A DNA stretch of 62,571 bases, filler included. It is 8 parts of 8 records of this genome, joined end to end, with 100 filler letters (N's around TTAATTAATTAA, not from the genome) between each part and the next. Parts side by side here need not be neighbours in the genome. Positions count along the whole stretch, not along the records: positions 12,340 to 29,935 come from SRR11831586_155; positions 30,036 to 41,612 come from SRR11831586_159; 6 more parts are not named here. One strand, 5' to 3'. Below the pieces are notes generated by a model that was not told the origin of the DNA, did no database searches, and saw only the letters and a list, made by a program, of their open reading frames with translations. Positions 23,677 through 38,495 of this stretch are shown piece by piece. The translations under genes and the position numbers were made by a program. The stretch's first letter is position 1. Every line of letters begins with the position of its first letter.

Positions 23677-25338
23677 ATGAGTGATATAGCATTAACGGTC
23701 AGTATTCTGGCTTTGGTGGCAGTCGTCGGTTTGTTTATCGGCAACGTCAAATTTCGCGGCATAGGATTAGGTATTGGCGGCGTGCTGTTTGGTGGGATCA
23801 TCGTCGGCCATTTTGTTTCTCAGGCGGGGATGACATTAAGTAGCGATATGCTGCATGTTATTCAGGAATTTGGCCTGATCCTGTTCGTTTATACTATCGG
23901 GATTCAGGTAGGGCCGGGCTTCTTTGCCTCATTGCGCGTCTCCGGATTACGCCTCAACCTGTTTGCTGTTCTGATCGTCATCATCGGTGGTCTGGTTACC
24001 GCCATCCTGCATAAACTGTTTGATATTCCACTGCCGGTAGTGCTGGGGATTTTCTCCGGTGCGGTTACCAATACGCCAGCGCTGGGGGCAGGGCAGCAGA
24101 TTTTGCGCGACCTGGGTACACCAATGGAAATGGTCGATCAGATGGGGATGAGTTACGCGATGGCGTATCCATTCGGCATTTGCGGGATTTTGTTCACCAT
24201 GTGGATGTTGCGGGTTATTTTCCGCGTCAATGTCGAGACAGAAGCTCAGCAGCACGAGTCTTCACGCACCAATGGCGGCGCGCTGATCAAGACTATCAAT
24301 ATTCGCGTTGAGAACCCTAACCTGCATGATTTAGCCATTAAAGATGTACCGATTCTCAACGGCGACAAAATTATCTGCTCGCGTCTGAAACGCGAAGAAA
24401 CCCTAAAAGTTCCTTCGCCAGATACCATTATCCAACTGGGCGATTTGCTGCATCTGGTGGGTCAGCCAGCGGATTTACATAATGCGCAACTGGTGATTGG
24501 TCAGGAGGTCGATACTTCGCTGTCCACGAAAGGCACTGATTTGCGCGTCGAGCGTGTGGTGGTCACCAATGAAAACGTGCTCGGAAAACGTATTCGCGAC
24601 CTGCACTTTAAAGAACGCTATGACGTTGTTATCTCGCGCCTGAACCGTGCCGGGGTCGAACTGGTCGCCAGTGGCGATATCAGCCTGCAGTTCGGCGATA
24701 TCCTCAATCTGGTGGGGCGTCCGTCCGCAATTGATGCCGTTGCCAATGTGCTGGGGAATGCGCAGCAAAAACTGCAACAGGTTCAGATGCTGCCAGTGTT
24801 TATTGGCATCGGGCTAGGCGTATTGTTAGGTTCTATTCCCGTCTTTGTGCCAGGATTCCCGGCCGCGTTGAAACTGGGGCTGGCGGGCGGACCGCTGATT
24901 ATGGCGTTGATCCTCGGGCGTATCGGCAGTATCGGCAAGCTGTACTGGTTTATGCCGCCAAGCGCCAACCTCGCGCTGCGGGAGCTGGGGATCGTGCTGT
25001 TCCTCTCGGTCGTTGGTCTGAAATCTGGTGGGGATTTTGTGAATACCCTGGTCAATGGCGAAGGGCTAAGCTGGATTGGTTATGGTGCCCTGATCACCGC
25101 CGTTCCGCTGATTACTGTTGGCATTCTGGCGCGGATGTTAGCCAAAATGAATTACCTGACCATGTGCGGGATGCTGGCAGGTTCCATGACCGATCCTCCG
25201 GCGCTGGCGTTTGCTAATAATCTTCATCCAACCAGCGGTGCGGCGGCGCTCTCTTACGCCACTGTCTATCCGTTGGTAATGTTCCTGCGCATTATCACCC
25301 CCCAATTACTGGCGGTGCTCTTCTGGAGTATCGGTTAA
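23677..25338 (+). CDS. yidE: AAE-family putative transporter with RCK-C domains
   Basis: 553 aa from MSDIAL; two TM blocks (TNTPAL, TDPPAL) flanking a soluble region. Confidence 0.93.
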
Positions 25339-26051
25339 CTCTTTTCCGGGTGGAGTCGCCGTAAATGGTACTCCACCTGGTATTCGCTGGCATTTCTGAA
25401 CATCACTGAATAATTCAAAAACTCCCCGCTCTCGCTATATGACAACGAGGTGATCCGCAGCAGTGGCGTGTGTTCCGCTACCTTCATTTGCCGCGCCAGC
25501 AGTCTATCGGCGAGCACTGGCGTCAGGCTTTCATAATTACCGCCAATCAAAATCCCGCACTCTTGTTCAATATATTCAAACTTCGACCCTTCCAGATGTT
25601 GCAGCGAAAGATTACGGAACAGTTTTACCGGCATATAGCTGTCTTCCAGCATCAGCGGTTTCCCTTCCACAAAACGAACGCGACGGGAGAAGTAGATCTG
25701 CTCGTTGATTTGAATCCGTAACTGGCTGGCAATGGCCGGAGGCGCAGGCATGATTTCAAAAATCAGCACCTGGCTGGTGACCGTTTTTCCCTGCCGTTTT
25801 AACACCTCCACCAGCCCGGTCAGACTGGCGGTTTGATGCAGTACATCTTTGCGCACCAGGTAAGTGCCACTACCGTGGCGGCGGACCACCAGCCCCCACG
25901 CTACCAGCAGGTCAATGGCTTTACGGATGGTCATCCGCGATACCGCAAACTCTTCCGCCAGCTTTTTTTCACCGGGAAGAAGGCTGTTTAGCGTGAAATC
26001 TGCGGAGTTAAGTCGAATTCTTAACCGCTCCGCAATGCTTTTGTAGATCAT
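25335..26051 (-). CDS. yidP: GntR/UTRA transcriptional regulator
   Basis: 238 aa from [20 protein letters not shown]; divergent from glvC. Confidence 0.92.
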
Positions 26052-26346
26052 CTCTAGATCTCTTTTTTGCCTGCAAGCCCGGGTAATGCGCACACAAGTT
26101 CTGCTTAATCGATTGAAAAAACATCTTTTTTTTAAAGATGTGTTCGATGCTGTGTACCTGTGCTCACAGAGGTCTACTTTTTCGCGAAAACGTAGATCTC
26201 TACCGCCCAACGAAAAGCATGAAAGCGATCACGAATCCCATTGGGTCGTCATGTTCTGCCGATCGCATCTTCCTATCCTCGCTCCAGGCCTGCCGCATAA
26301 CCAATCAGGCTTCCTACTTACAGAATTGAGAAAAGAGGATGTGGAA

Positions 26347-27453
26347 ATGCTCAGTCAAATTCAACGCTTTGGCGGCGCGATGTTCACGCCAGTGCTGCTG
26401 TTTCCCTTCGCCGGGATTGTGGTGGGTCTTGCCATCTTGCTGCAAAACCCGATGTTTGTCGGGGAATCACTGACCGATCCGAACAGTTTATTCGCGCAAA
26501 TCGTACACATTATTGAAGAGGGCGGTTGGACGGTATTCCGTAATATGCCGCTGATTTTTGCTGTCGGTTTACCCATTGGCCTTGCTAAGCAAGCGCAGGG
26601 GCGTGCTTGTCTGGCGGTGATGGTGAGTTTCCTGACCTGGAACTATTTCATCAACGCGATGGGAATGACCTGGGGAAGCTACTTCGGCGTCGATTTCACT
26701 CAGGACGCGGTGGCAGGTAGCGGTCTGACAATGATGGCCGGGATTAAAACCCTCGATACCAGCATTATCGGCGCAATTATCATTTCCGGCATTGTGACGG
26801 CGCTGCATAACCGTCTGTTCGATAAAAAACTGCCGGTTTTTCTCGGCATTTTCCAGGGGACGTCTTATGTGGTGATTATCGCCTTCCTGGTGATGATCCC
26901 CTGTGCCTGGCTGACGTTGCTCGGCTGGCCAAAAGTACAAATGGGGATTGAATCTCTGCAAGCGTTCCTGCGTTCGGCGGGTGCACTTGGGGTCTGGGTT
27001 TACACCTTCCTCGAACGTATTCTGATCCCAACCGGTTTACACCACTTCATCTACGGACAGTTTATCTTTGGTCCGGCAGCTGTTGAAGGCGGCATTCAGA
27101 TGTACTGGGCGCAGCATCTGCAAGAGTTCAGTTTGAGCGCCGAGCCGCTGAAATCGTTGTTCCCGGAAGGCGGTTTTGCCCTGCACGGTAACTCAAAAAT
27201 CTTTGGTGCCGTGGGCATTTCTTTAGCGATGTACTTCACTGCCGCACCGGAAAATCGGGTAAAAGTGGCGGGCTTGCTGATTCCCGCAACCTTAACCGCC
27301 ATGCTGGTGGGAATTACCGAACCGCTGGAATTTACCTTCCTGTTCATTTCACCGTTGCTGTTTGCGGTACACGCCGTGCTGGCGGCCTCAATGTCGACCG
27401 TAATGTATCTCTTTGGTGTGGTGGGCAACATGGGCGGAGGTCTGATTGACTAG
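26347..27453 (+). pseudogene. glvC: PTS alpha-glucoside IIC, N-terminal part of a split glvCB gene
   Basis: 368 aa from MLSQIQRF (PTGLHHF, GITEPLEF) ending at TAG 27451-27453; the same frame stays open into glvB. Confidence 0.9.
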
Positions 27454-27477
27454 GTTTTACCGCAAAACTGGATCCCG

Positions 27478-29667
<2,190 letters not shown>

Positions 29668-29833
29668 TTTAATATCCCTCCGGCGAATTATGCTCACAAC
29701 CTGAACTTAACAGAAAACAATCCGTTCAGGGATACGACGTTTGTATTTTAAGAATCTGACTGCCTGACCCGACGCATTTTACCTCTCCCTATATTCATGC
29801 GTCCGGGACATAAACATAAATAAGGGCTATGAG

Positions 29834-29935
29834 ATGAATTCGTTACAAATCTTGAGTTTTGTCGGTTTTACGCTGCTGGTGGCGGTGATCACCTGGTGGA
29901 AGGTCCGCAAAACAGATACCGGATCGCAACAAGGC
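29834..29935 (+). CDS. yidK: SSS-family symporter, 5' end only
   Basis: MNSLQILSFVGFTLLVAVITWWKVRKTDTGSQQG, divergent from yidL; truncated by spacer. Confidence 0.8.
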
Positions 29936-30035
29936 NNNNNNNNNNNNNNNNNNNNNNNNNNNNNNNNNNNNNNNNNNNNTTAATTAATTAANNNNNNNNN
30001 NNNNNNNNNNNNNNNNNNNNNNNNNNNNNNNNNNN
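29936..30035. other. Artificial contig spacer
   Basis: 44 N + TTAATTAATTAA + 44 N. Confidence 0.99.
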
Positions 30036-30470
30036 TATTACTTTGCGCTAAACATTGTTTTTCTGTTCGTGATGACCATCTTTAACAGCCGCTTCGTCCG
30101 CCGCATTGGCGCGTTAAATATGTTCCGCTCGGGGTTGTGGATACAATTTATTATGGCAGCGTGGATGGTCATCAGTGCGCTGCTGGGGCTGGGATTTTGG
30201 TCGCTGGTGGTTGGCGTTGCGGCGTTTGTGGGCTGCGTGTCGATGGTGTCATCCAATGCGATGGCGGTCATTCTTGATGAGTTTCCCCATATGGCGGGAA
30301 CGGCATCTTCGCTGGCAGGAACCTTCCGTTTTGGCATAGGGGCAATTGTTGGCGCATTGCTTTCTCTTGCGACCTTTAACTCTGCATGGCCGATGATTTG
30401 GTCAATTGCATTCTGCGCAACCAGCTCCATTCTCTTCTGTCTGTACGCCAGTCGGCCGAAAAAACGGTGA
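30036..30470 (+). CDS. bcr: Bcr/CflA MFS multidrug efflux pump, 3' part
   Basis: [17 protein letters not shown]...YASRPKKR; upstream of yejG. Confidence 0.9.
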
Positions 30471-30802
30471 TCTATTGCACAACGAGGAAGCTAAAAGGCT
30501 TCCTTTGTTGATGCATGTCAACCACAAATCTATCATTCCCCCGATATATGTTTATTTTATGTAAAATCAATTTATGTAAAAAGTCACATCATTGTAGTTA
30601 AAAAGGTTGAGTTAGATCGCAGAAACGGGTACATATAGCCCCGCAAACGTGACCACGCCCGCAGATATTACTTAAATCAGAGCCATAGAGGCCACGCAGG
30701 CGAGGCATCAATCTTTACGATCTGTATAAAGACGGATTGTTGATGATGTGTTAAAATTGATGTAAACAAATTGTGAAGTGAATGTGCTTCCGGGGAAAAT
30801 AA

Positions 30803-31147
30803 GTGACTTCATTACAACTCTCAATCGTCCATCGACTGCCGCAGAACTATCGCTGGTCTGCTGGTTTCGCAGGTTCGAAGGTTGAACCGATTCCGCAAAA
30901 TGGACCGTGCGGTGACAACAGCCTGGTGGCGCTTAAATTGCTTAGCCCGGATGGTGATAATGCATGGTCGGTGATGTATAAACTAAGCCAGGCGTTAAGC
31001 GACATCGAAGTTCCATGTTCGGTGCTGGAGTGTGAAGGTGAGCCGTGCCTGTTTGTAAATCGCCAGGACGAGTTTGCTGCAACATGCCGATTGAAAAATT
31101 TTGGTGTGGCAATTGCCGAACCCTTTTCAAACTACAATCCTTTTTAA
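30803..31147 (+). CDS. yejG: YejG family protein
   Basis: 114 aa, GTG start, [13 protein letters not shown]. Confidence 0.88.
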
Positions 31148-31150
31148 GCG

Positions 31151-32740
31151 TCAGCTCAACGCCAGTAGCTGACGCGTATACTCCTGCTGCGGTGTGGCAA
31201 ACACGCGCGCGCACGGTCCTTGTTCCACTACTTCCCCTTGTCGCAGTATGATAACCTGATGACATAACGCGCGGACAACGTGCAAATCGTGGCTGATAAA
31301 CAAATAGGCCAGTTGATGCTTTTGTTGCAATGATTTCAATAGCGTCAATATTTGCGCCTGTACCGTTTTGTCGAGTGATGATGTCGGTTCATCAAGTATG
31401 ATCAGCGAGGGCTTAAGAATTAATGCCCTGGCAATCGCAATACGTTGTCGCTGACCACCAGAGAACTCCGCCGGATAACGGTGGCGTGTTTCAGGATCTA
31501 ATCCCACTTCATGCATCACGGCTATCACTTGTTGTTCGCGTTGTGCGGCAGAAAGCGTCGGCTGGTGAACCCGTAAGCCTTCCTCAATAATCTGCAAAAC
31601 GTTGAGTCGTGGGTTGAGCGAGGAGTTTGGATCCTGAAATACCACCTGAATGCGATGACGAATAGGTAACAGCTGGCGGCGATTTAAATTTTGCAGTGGC
31701 TGACCGTCAAAGATGATGCTGCCCTGAGAATTAATCAGTCGCAGCAGCGCCAGTCCCGTCGTACTTTTCCCGGAACCGGACTCGCCCACTAAACCCAGTG
31801 TTTCACCCGCTCGTAGCGTAAAACTGATGTTTTTCACCACCACATTATGATCCACAATGCGCTTCAAAATCCCTTTGCGAATGGGGAAGGCAACCTGAAG
31901 CTGTTCAACATCCAGCAACGTTGAGGCAGGTTCTGGCAACGGCACTGGATCGCCTGACGGTTCACTGTTGAGTAGCTTTTGTGTGTAAGGATGAGTGGGT
32001 GATGCAAATAGCGTAGCGGCGTAATTTTGCTCGACACAGCGACCGTTTTGCATTACCGCCACGCGGTGGGCCAGTTTTCTGACAATGCTGAGGTTATGAG
32101 TAATAAACAGCATGCCCATATTCAGCTCGCCTTGCAGTTCGCGCAACAGCTGTAAAATCTGCGCCTGGACAGAGACGTCCAGTGCGGTGGTCGGTTCATC
32201 GGCAATTAATAATTCCGGTCGCGTTAACAGCGCCATCGCAATCATCACCCGCTGCCGTTCGCCGCCGGAGAGCTGATGCGGATAATCTGTCAGCCGTTTT
32301 GCCGCCTGGCGGATACCAACGCGATCAAGGCAGTTAAGAATTTCGCCACGAGCCGCTTCCCGACGCATCCCGCGGTGGAGTGAAAGCACTTCATAAAGCT
32401 GTTTTTCCAGGGTATGCAATGGATTTAACGACACCATCGGTTCCTGAAAAATCATGGCGATCTTATTACCGCGTACACCGCGCAACGTTTGATCGCTGGC
32501 GTGAAGCAGCGATTCGCCATGAAAACGAATATCGCCGGAGAGATATTCAACCGGCGGGGAAGGGAGCAGGCGTAAAATTGACAGCGCGGTAACGCTTTTG
32601 CCTGAACCTGACTCACCCACCAGCGCCAGCGTTTCGCCAGCCTCAATCTGTAGTGAAACATCATTGACTACTGTACGTACGGTTTGCTGATGGCGAAAAC
32701 CCACCGACAAATTTTCAATCGCTAACAGAGTTTGCGTCAT
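31151..32740 (-). CDS. yejF: Peptide/microcin C ABC transporter ATPase
   Basis: 529 aa from MTQTLL, two GESGSGKS Walker A motifs. Confidence 0.95.
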   Translation of the reverse strand: MTQTLLAIENLSVGFRHQQTVRTVVNDVSLQIEAGETLALVGESGSGKSVTALSILRLLPSPPVEYLSGDIRFHGESLLHASDQTLRGVRGNKIAMIFQEPMVSLNPLHTLEKQLYEVLSLHRGMRREAARGEILNCLDRVGIRQAAKRLTDYPHQLSGGERQRVMIAMALLTRPELLIADEPTTALDVSVQAQILQLLRELQGELNMGMLFITHNLSIVRKLAHRVAVMQNGRCVEQNYAATLFASPTHPYTQKLLNSEPSGDPVPLPEPASTLLDVEQLQVAFPIRKGILKRIVDHNVVVKNISFTLRAGETLGLVGESGSGKSTTGLALLRLINSQGSIIFDGQPLQNLNRRQLLPIRHRIQVVFQDPNSSLNPRLNVLQIIEEGLRVHQPTLSAAQREQQVIAVMHEVGLDPETRHRYPAEFSGGQRQRIAIARALILKPSLIILDEPTSSLDKTVQAQILTLLKSLQQKHQLAYLFISHDLHVVRALCHQVIILRQGEVVEQGPCARVFATPQQEYTRQLLALS

Positions 32741-32741
32741 G

Positions 32742-33767
32742 CTACACCGCCTTATTAGGATCAAATGCGTCGCGGACGGCTTCACCAATAAAGATCAGCA
32801 AAGACAATAATATCGCCACCGACAAGAAGGCGGTGATCCCAAGCCACGGGGCCTGAAGGTTATTTTTCCCTTGTAACAGCAGTTCACCGAGTGACGGTGA
32901 ACCGAGCGGTAGACCGAAGCCGAGGAAATCGAGCGAGGTCAGGGTGGTTATCGAACTACATAAAATAAACGGTAAAAAGGTGAGGGTCGCGACCATGGCA
33001 TTAGGCAACATATGACGCAGGATGATACTGCGATCGCTGACGCCAAGCGCCTGTGCCGCACGAATGTAGTCGAAATTACGAGTACGTAAAAACTCCGCCC
33101 GCACCACGCCGACCAGACTCATCCAGCCAAACAAGACAGTAATTGCCAGCAGCCACCAGAAGTTAGGCTGTACGACGCTGGAAAGTAAAATAATCAAAAA
33201 CAGCGTCGGCATCCCCGACCATACTTCAATAAAGCGTTGTCCCCAGAGATCGACTTTACCGCCGTAATAGCCTTGTAGCGCCCCCGCCAGCACGCCCATC
33301 ACGCTGGAACAGAGAGTCAGCATCAGGCCAAACAGAACCGAGATCCGCGTGCCATAGAGAATGCGTGCCAGCACATCGCCGCCGTTGGCATCCGTTCCCA
33401 GCCAGTTTTGCCGGGAGGGTGGAGAAGGGAAGGGCTTATTGGTAGCAAAGTTGATACTGGTAGCACCAAAGCGAATCGGTGCCCACAGTACCCAGCCGTT
33501 ATTTTCCAGCCGTTGTTTCAGCCACGGGTCCTGATAATCAGCCTGACTTGCCAGCGGGCCGCCAAAATCGCTTTCGCTGTAGTTTTTCAATAACGGGAAA
33601 TACCAACTGCCGTCATAACGCACCAGCAACGGTTTATCGTTGGCGATAAGTTCAGAACACAAACTCAAACCAAACAAGACGAGGAAAATCCATAACGACC
33701 AGTAGCCGCGACGGTTATGACGAAAACGCGCCCAACGGGCCTGATTGACGGGGCTGAGTCGCGACAT
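32742..33767 (-). CDS. yejE: ABC transporter permease
   Basis: 341 aa, OppC-like (LGTD..G.DV). Confidence 0.95.
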   Translation of the reverse strand: MSRLSPVNQARWARFRHNRRGYWSLWIFLVLFGLSLCSELIANDKPLLVRYDGSWYFPLLKNYSESDFGGPLASQADYQDPWLKQRLENNGWVLWAPIRFGATSINFATNKPFPSPPSRQNWLGTDANGGDVLARILYGTRISVLFGLMLTLCSSVMGVLAGALQGYYGGKVDLWGQRFIEVWSGMPTLFLIILLSSVVQPNFWWLLAITVLFGWMSLVGVVRAEFLRTRNFDYIRAAQALGVSDRSIILRHMLPNAMVATLTFLPFILCSSITTLTSLDFLGFGLPLGSPSLGELLLQGKNNLQAPWLGITAFLSVAILLSLLIFIGEAVRDAFDPNKAV

Positions 33768-34861
33768 TAACGTCCCTCAAAATCAATACGCGGATCAACC
33801 AGCGTATAGCTGATATCACTGACAATATTCAGCAGCAGGCCAATCAGGGTGAAAATATACAAGGTACCAAACATTACAGGATAATCGCGCGAGACGGTCG
33901 CTTCGTAGCCCAGTAAGCCCAGACCATTGAGTGAAAACATCACCTCAATCAGCAGCGAGCCGGTAAAAAACATGCTGATAAACGTCGCCGGAAAACCGGC
34001 AATCACCAGCAGCATGGCGTTGCGGAACACATGTTTCCAGAGAATATTTTTTTCACTTACCCCTTTCGCACGCGCGGTCACCACGTATTGCTTGCGCACT
34101 TCATCAAGGAATGAGTTTTTTGTCAGCATGGTCAGCGCCGCAAAGCCACCAATCACTGTCGCCAGCACCGGCAGCGTGATATGCCACAGATAATCGGTGA
34201 TTTTCTGATACCACGGCAGCGAATCAAAGTTAGCGGAAACCAGGCCGCGTAGAGGGAACAGGTCGAAATAGCTGCCGCCCGCGAAGAAGACAATCAGCAG
34301 GATGGCAAACAAAAAGGCCGGAATGGCGTAGCCGATGATGATAAATGCGCTACTCCAGACGTCAAAGCGGCTCCCATTATAAACAGCTTTGCGAATGCCT
34401 AACGGAATCGACACCAGATAGATAATCAGCGTGCTCCACAATCCGAGGGTGATGGAAACCGGCAGACTGTCTTTAATCAGCGTCAGCACCGAGGCGCTGC
34501 GAAACAGGCTATCGCCAAAATCAAAGCGGATGTAGTCCCAGAGCATTTTGAAGTAACGTTCGTGGATCGGCTTATCAAAACCGTAGCGATGAGTGATCTC
34601 AGCGATCACTTCTGGATCTAATCCGCGTCCGCCACGGTAATTACTGTCGCTGATATTGCCGACACCCGTTTGCGCATGGCTGGCACGAACACCTTCACCG
34701 CCTGCGCCGGGTAATACTCCGGCATTACCAAACTCAATGGCGGCGATGGCCTGGTCGACCGGACCGCCAGGCGCAATTTGCACGATGAAAAAGTTGATGG
34801 TGATAATCGCCCATAATGTTGGGATCACCAGCAACAGACGGCGAATCAGGTAAGCGCCCAT
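33767..34861 (-). CDS. yejB: ABC transporter permease
   Basis: 364 aa, OppB-like (TARAKG, RDYP). Confidence 0.95.
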
Positions 34862-36677
34862 CTACTCTCCCTGTTTGCTGGCGGACGGCAGTTTGGCCGC
34901 TTTATTGACGTCATACCACCAGGTATCGATACCGAGGCTATAGATGGGGCGCACGGCCGGCTGGGAGAATTTATCCCACCAGGCGAGACGGTCTTCCGCC
35001 ATGTACCACATTGGCAGCATGTAATAATTCCACGTTAATACGCGATCCAGTGCTCGCCCCAACGGCAGTAATTTTTCTTTATTTCCCTGCGCGGCAATAA
35101 TTTGGTTGATCAGCGAGTCGATAACCGGGCTTTGCACGCCGGGGGCATTATAAGTGGAATTGATATATTCCGATGACCAGGAAATCTGTAAATCGGAACT
35201 GGGCCACGGCATCGCCCGCCATACGCGCGGCATCATGTCATAGTCGCGACTGCGCATGCGGTTAGTGATTTGCGAGTTATCCACCTTGCGAATGTCCATG
35301 TTGATACCCAGCCGTTGCAGGCTGTGCTGGAACGGCAATACCCACTGACTATTGCTGCTTGCGGGAAGCAATAATTCAAAGCTGAGTGGCTGACCCGTTG
35401 TGGCATTAACGCGTTGCTGACCCTTCAGCACCCAGCCCGCTTCGTTGAGAAGTTTGTCGGCGTTTTAACAGGTTGTCACGATCGTAGCCATCGCCTTTGG
35501 ATACCGGCGGCTGGTAGATTTGTGTGAAGACTTCTGACGGTAGATCTTTTTTCATTGGTGCCAGAAGCACCAGCTCCGCGGCGTCGGGGTAATTTCTGGC
35601 CGCGTATTCGGTATTCTGAAAATAACTGTTCGTGCGACTCCAGGCATTGTAAAACAACGCCTTGTTCATCCATTCAAAGTCAAAGGCGAGAGTGATAGCT
35701 TCCCGGACCCGGCGATCGCTGAATACCGGACGTTGGATATTAAACGCCAGCCAACGCGTATCCTGGGCTGATTCGTTCTTTTGCTCATCTTTGATGATGT
35801 ATTTTTTATCGAAATTTTTACCGGTATAACGCGTGGCCCAGTTTTTGGCGTCGTTTTCCATACGCAAATCAAAGGCACCTGCTTTAAACGCTTCAAAGGC
35901 GACATTATCATCGAGGTAATAATCGTAGCGAATGGTGTCGAAATTCCAGCGTCCACGGTTTACCGGTAAGTTTGCTGCCCAGTAATCTTTCACACGGGAA
36001 TAGACAATATTTTGCCCCATTTTCCAGGACGTAACGCGGTACGGACCACTGGCAAGCGGAGGCGTGGCGAGCGGGTCGCTAAGTTTGTGATCCTTCCAGT
36101 ACTTTTCTGGAAATACCGGCAGCGAAAACAGACTCAGCATATCTTCTTTGCCGGGTTTAGCTAACTCAATGCGCACGGTTAACGGTGCAATGGCTTTGAC
36201 GGTGGTGCCTTTGTAGACCAGACGAAATTGCGGCACGCCTTCGGTCATAAATTTTTGAAAAGTAAACTCTACATCGCGGGCAGTAATGGGCGAACCATCA
36301 TGAAAACGGGCGCGCGGATTAATAGCGACCTCCACCCAGGAATAATCGTCAGCATAGCGTGCGCTTTCAGCAATCAGCGGGTAATAACTGCCTGGTTCGT
36401 CATCGGAAGTCGTAAATAGCGTGTCGTACAGCTGCTCGGTGCGTGCGCCCGGGTTGCCGCGCAGTGCATAGCGGTTGAAATTATCGAAGGTGCCGAGGGC
36501 TGACAACGTTATCTGCCCACCTTTTGGCGCGGCGGGGTTCACATAATCAAAATGGTTGAAATTAAACGCGTACCGGGGTTCGCCCAGCACGGCAAAGGCA
36601 TAGCTTTCCTTGATAGCCTGCGCCTGCACACCAAAGGTGAACAGAGCGATAAACAGCAGCAGTATGCGCACAATCAT
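34862..36677 (-). CDS. yejA: ABC transporter substrate-binding protein, split by a +1 frameshift near 35462 (probable sequencing error)
   Basis: Two overlapping ORFs; total span 1816 nt = 3n+1; removing the G at 35462 fuses them into 604 aa (…[13 protein letters not shown]…). Confidence 0.9.
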
Positions 36678-36758
36678 CTGCAACGGATTTCCTTTTACTC
36701 ATCATTAGCCGCAATCCGGCATGCTTTCACTATGAATAATAAGGGACGTAAGCACACC

Positions 36759-38315
36759 TTACCACTGCGGCGTATACGGTTTCTTTAGCCAGCGAACAAA
36801 ATCGTCCAGCGGTAACGGGCGGCTAATCCAGTAGCCTTGCATGAAATTAACGCCGCGTTCGCTTAGCCATCGCGCCTGTTCCGGCGTTTCGACCCCTTCA
36901 GCAACCGTCAGCATATTGAGGCGTTTCGCCAGCGTCAGCACCGCGTCAAGTACGGGGGAAGTGATCGTTTCCGTACCGATGGCGTTGATAAATCCACGGT
37001 CAATTTTCAGATAATCGAGCGTAAAACGCTCAAGATAGATAAGCGCGCTGTGCCCGGTGCCGAAGTCATCAATAGCAATTTCTACGCCGACCGAGTGCAG
37101 CCAGGCGAAGAGTTGTGTGGCTTCTTGCTCTTTCAACATATCGCGCTCGGTAATTTCCAGCACAATCTGGAAATGGTGTGCGGGCAGGGAAGTGAGCAGT
37201 TTCTGGATATCTGCTTTAAAGCTTTCGCTGTGCAGATGGTCCGGCGCAATGTTAATACCAAATTTGACGCCTACCGGCAGCACTTTTTCTAATTCTGCGG
37301 CATCGCGGGCAATTAACTCAAACAGGTGCTGAGTCAGCGGCACAATCATCTTTTGCGATTCGGCAAAGTTAATGAAGGCATCCGGGGGAATTTCTCCCGC
37401 GACAGGATGCCGCCAGCGTAGCAGTACTTCCAGGCCCGTTACTCGCAAAGCTTGTGTATCCACCACCGGTTGATACGCCACGTAAAATTGTTCGCGCTTG
37501 ATGGCGGTCATGATTTCTCTGCCGGGGCGCATACGTACGCTCATCAGGTAATAGCAGAGCAGGCCAACGACAGTTCCACTCATGCCGCCCAGTAAAAATG
37601 CGTACCACACATCGTTCCATGTCCAGTCATCTGCATAAAGCCGAACGGTCAGAGGAATGCCCGCAATTTTAGTTTCACGGACTGGCATGTCGGTTAATTC
37701 GTTAACGTTCATCAAACGTGAAGAAAAGGTAGATAGCGCAGTATTGCCAATAATGAGGGCGACGCCATCGTAATCTTCCTGCCGTGAACTATAAAAGAGT
37801 GAAGGCGTCAGGTTGAGATTCAGAGCGGCAAAGACGCCGCTATTTTTCAGCAAAGGGTTGCGATACCAGATGACGATTGCGGGTTTGTTCGGCACCATCG
37901 GCGTGCCGGGTAAGATCGCCATATCGACGTTTTTATTAATGTCGAGCGCCGGAATCAATTCATTGAGTGGAATGTCCATCTCACCGGTCGCAGATGAACA
38001 GAATGTTTTTTTATCTTTCACCAGCACAAACGTTCGGACATTCATGCTAAACGCTGCGCGGGCGGTCAGTTCGGGGTTAGCTTGCTGGCAGGTATCTAAG
38101 GTCAGCGGCTGGAGCCGGTCAGTAGTGGATTTCAGGTCGGCAAAATAGGTATCGAGATACTTTTGTACGTCGGTAATCAGTGTGTCGTATTTGACTTCGT
38201 GCTTATGCCAGGCCACTAAAAACTGAAGGCAACTCACCAGTATCGCAATCATTACGCCTGCAACAATGCAGGTAAGCAGGAGCTTACGTCCAAAATTGGG
38301 AGCGCGTATGAACAT
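36759..38315 (-). CDS. pdeN: CSS-EAL c-di-GMP phosphodiesterase (rtn)
   Basis: 518 aa, CSS motif, EVLLRW, EITER, DDFGTG. Confidence 0.93.
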   Translation of the reverse strand: MFIRAPNFGRKLLLTCIVAGVMIAILVSCLQFLVAWHKHEVKYDTLITDVQKYLDTYFADLKSTTDRLQPLTLDTCQQANPELTARAAFSMNVRTFVLVKDKKTFCSSATGEMDIPLNELIPALDINKNVDMAILPGTPMVPNKPAIVIWYRNPLLKNSGVFAALNLNLTPSLFYSSRQEDYDGVALIIGNTALSTFSSRLMNVNELTDMPVRETKIAGIPLTVRLYADDWTWNDVWYAFLLGGMSGTVVGLLCYYLMSVRMRPGREIMTAIKREQFYVAYQPVVDTQALRVTGLEVLLRWRHPVAGEIPPDAFINFAESQKMIVPLTQHLFELIARDAAELEKVLPVGVKFGINIAPDHLHSESFKADIQKLLTSLPAHHFQIVLEITERDMLKEQEATQLFAWLHSVGVEIAIDDFGTGHSALIYLERFTLDYLKIDRGFINAIGTETITSPVLDAVLTLAKRLNMLTVAEGVETPEQARWLSERGVNFMQGYWISRPLPLDDFVRWLKKPYTPQW

Positions 38316-38422
38316 GATTCCGTTAATTTCCTGAAATTACGACAACATTTAAAAGATAACAATGACCGGACTATAGCCTGGATCAAGACGCGGAAACATC
38401 ATTTTCTCTGATGAATGAAAAC

Positions 38423-38449
38423 AAAAAAGCACTGCCTAAGCAGTGCTTT
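38423..38449 (-). terminator. mepS terminator
   Basis: Reverse strand AAAGCACTGC-TTAG-GCAGTGC-TTTTTT. Confidence 0.85.
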
Positions 38450-38495
38450 CAGTTAACTCGTCAGGATAGCCAAGGGATTGCATCCAAACGGTTTA

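Noticed and set aside
26086-26346. Long N-terminal extensions of glvC and yidP (also accD, yidX, yidQ) in the ORF track
   Set aside because: Upstream in-frame starts lack support; the downstream ATGs give the expected protein lengths.
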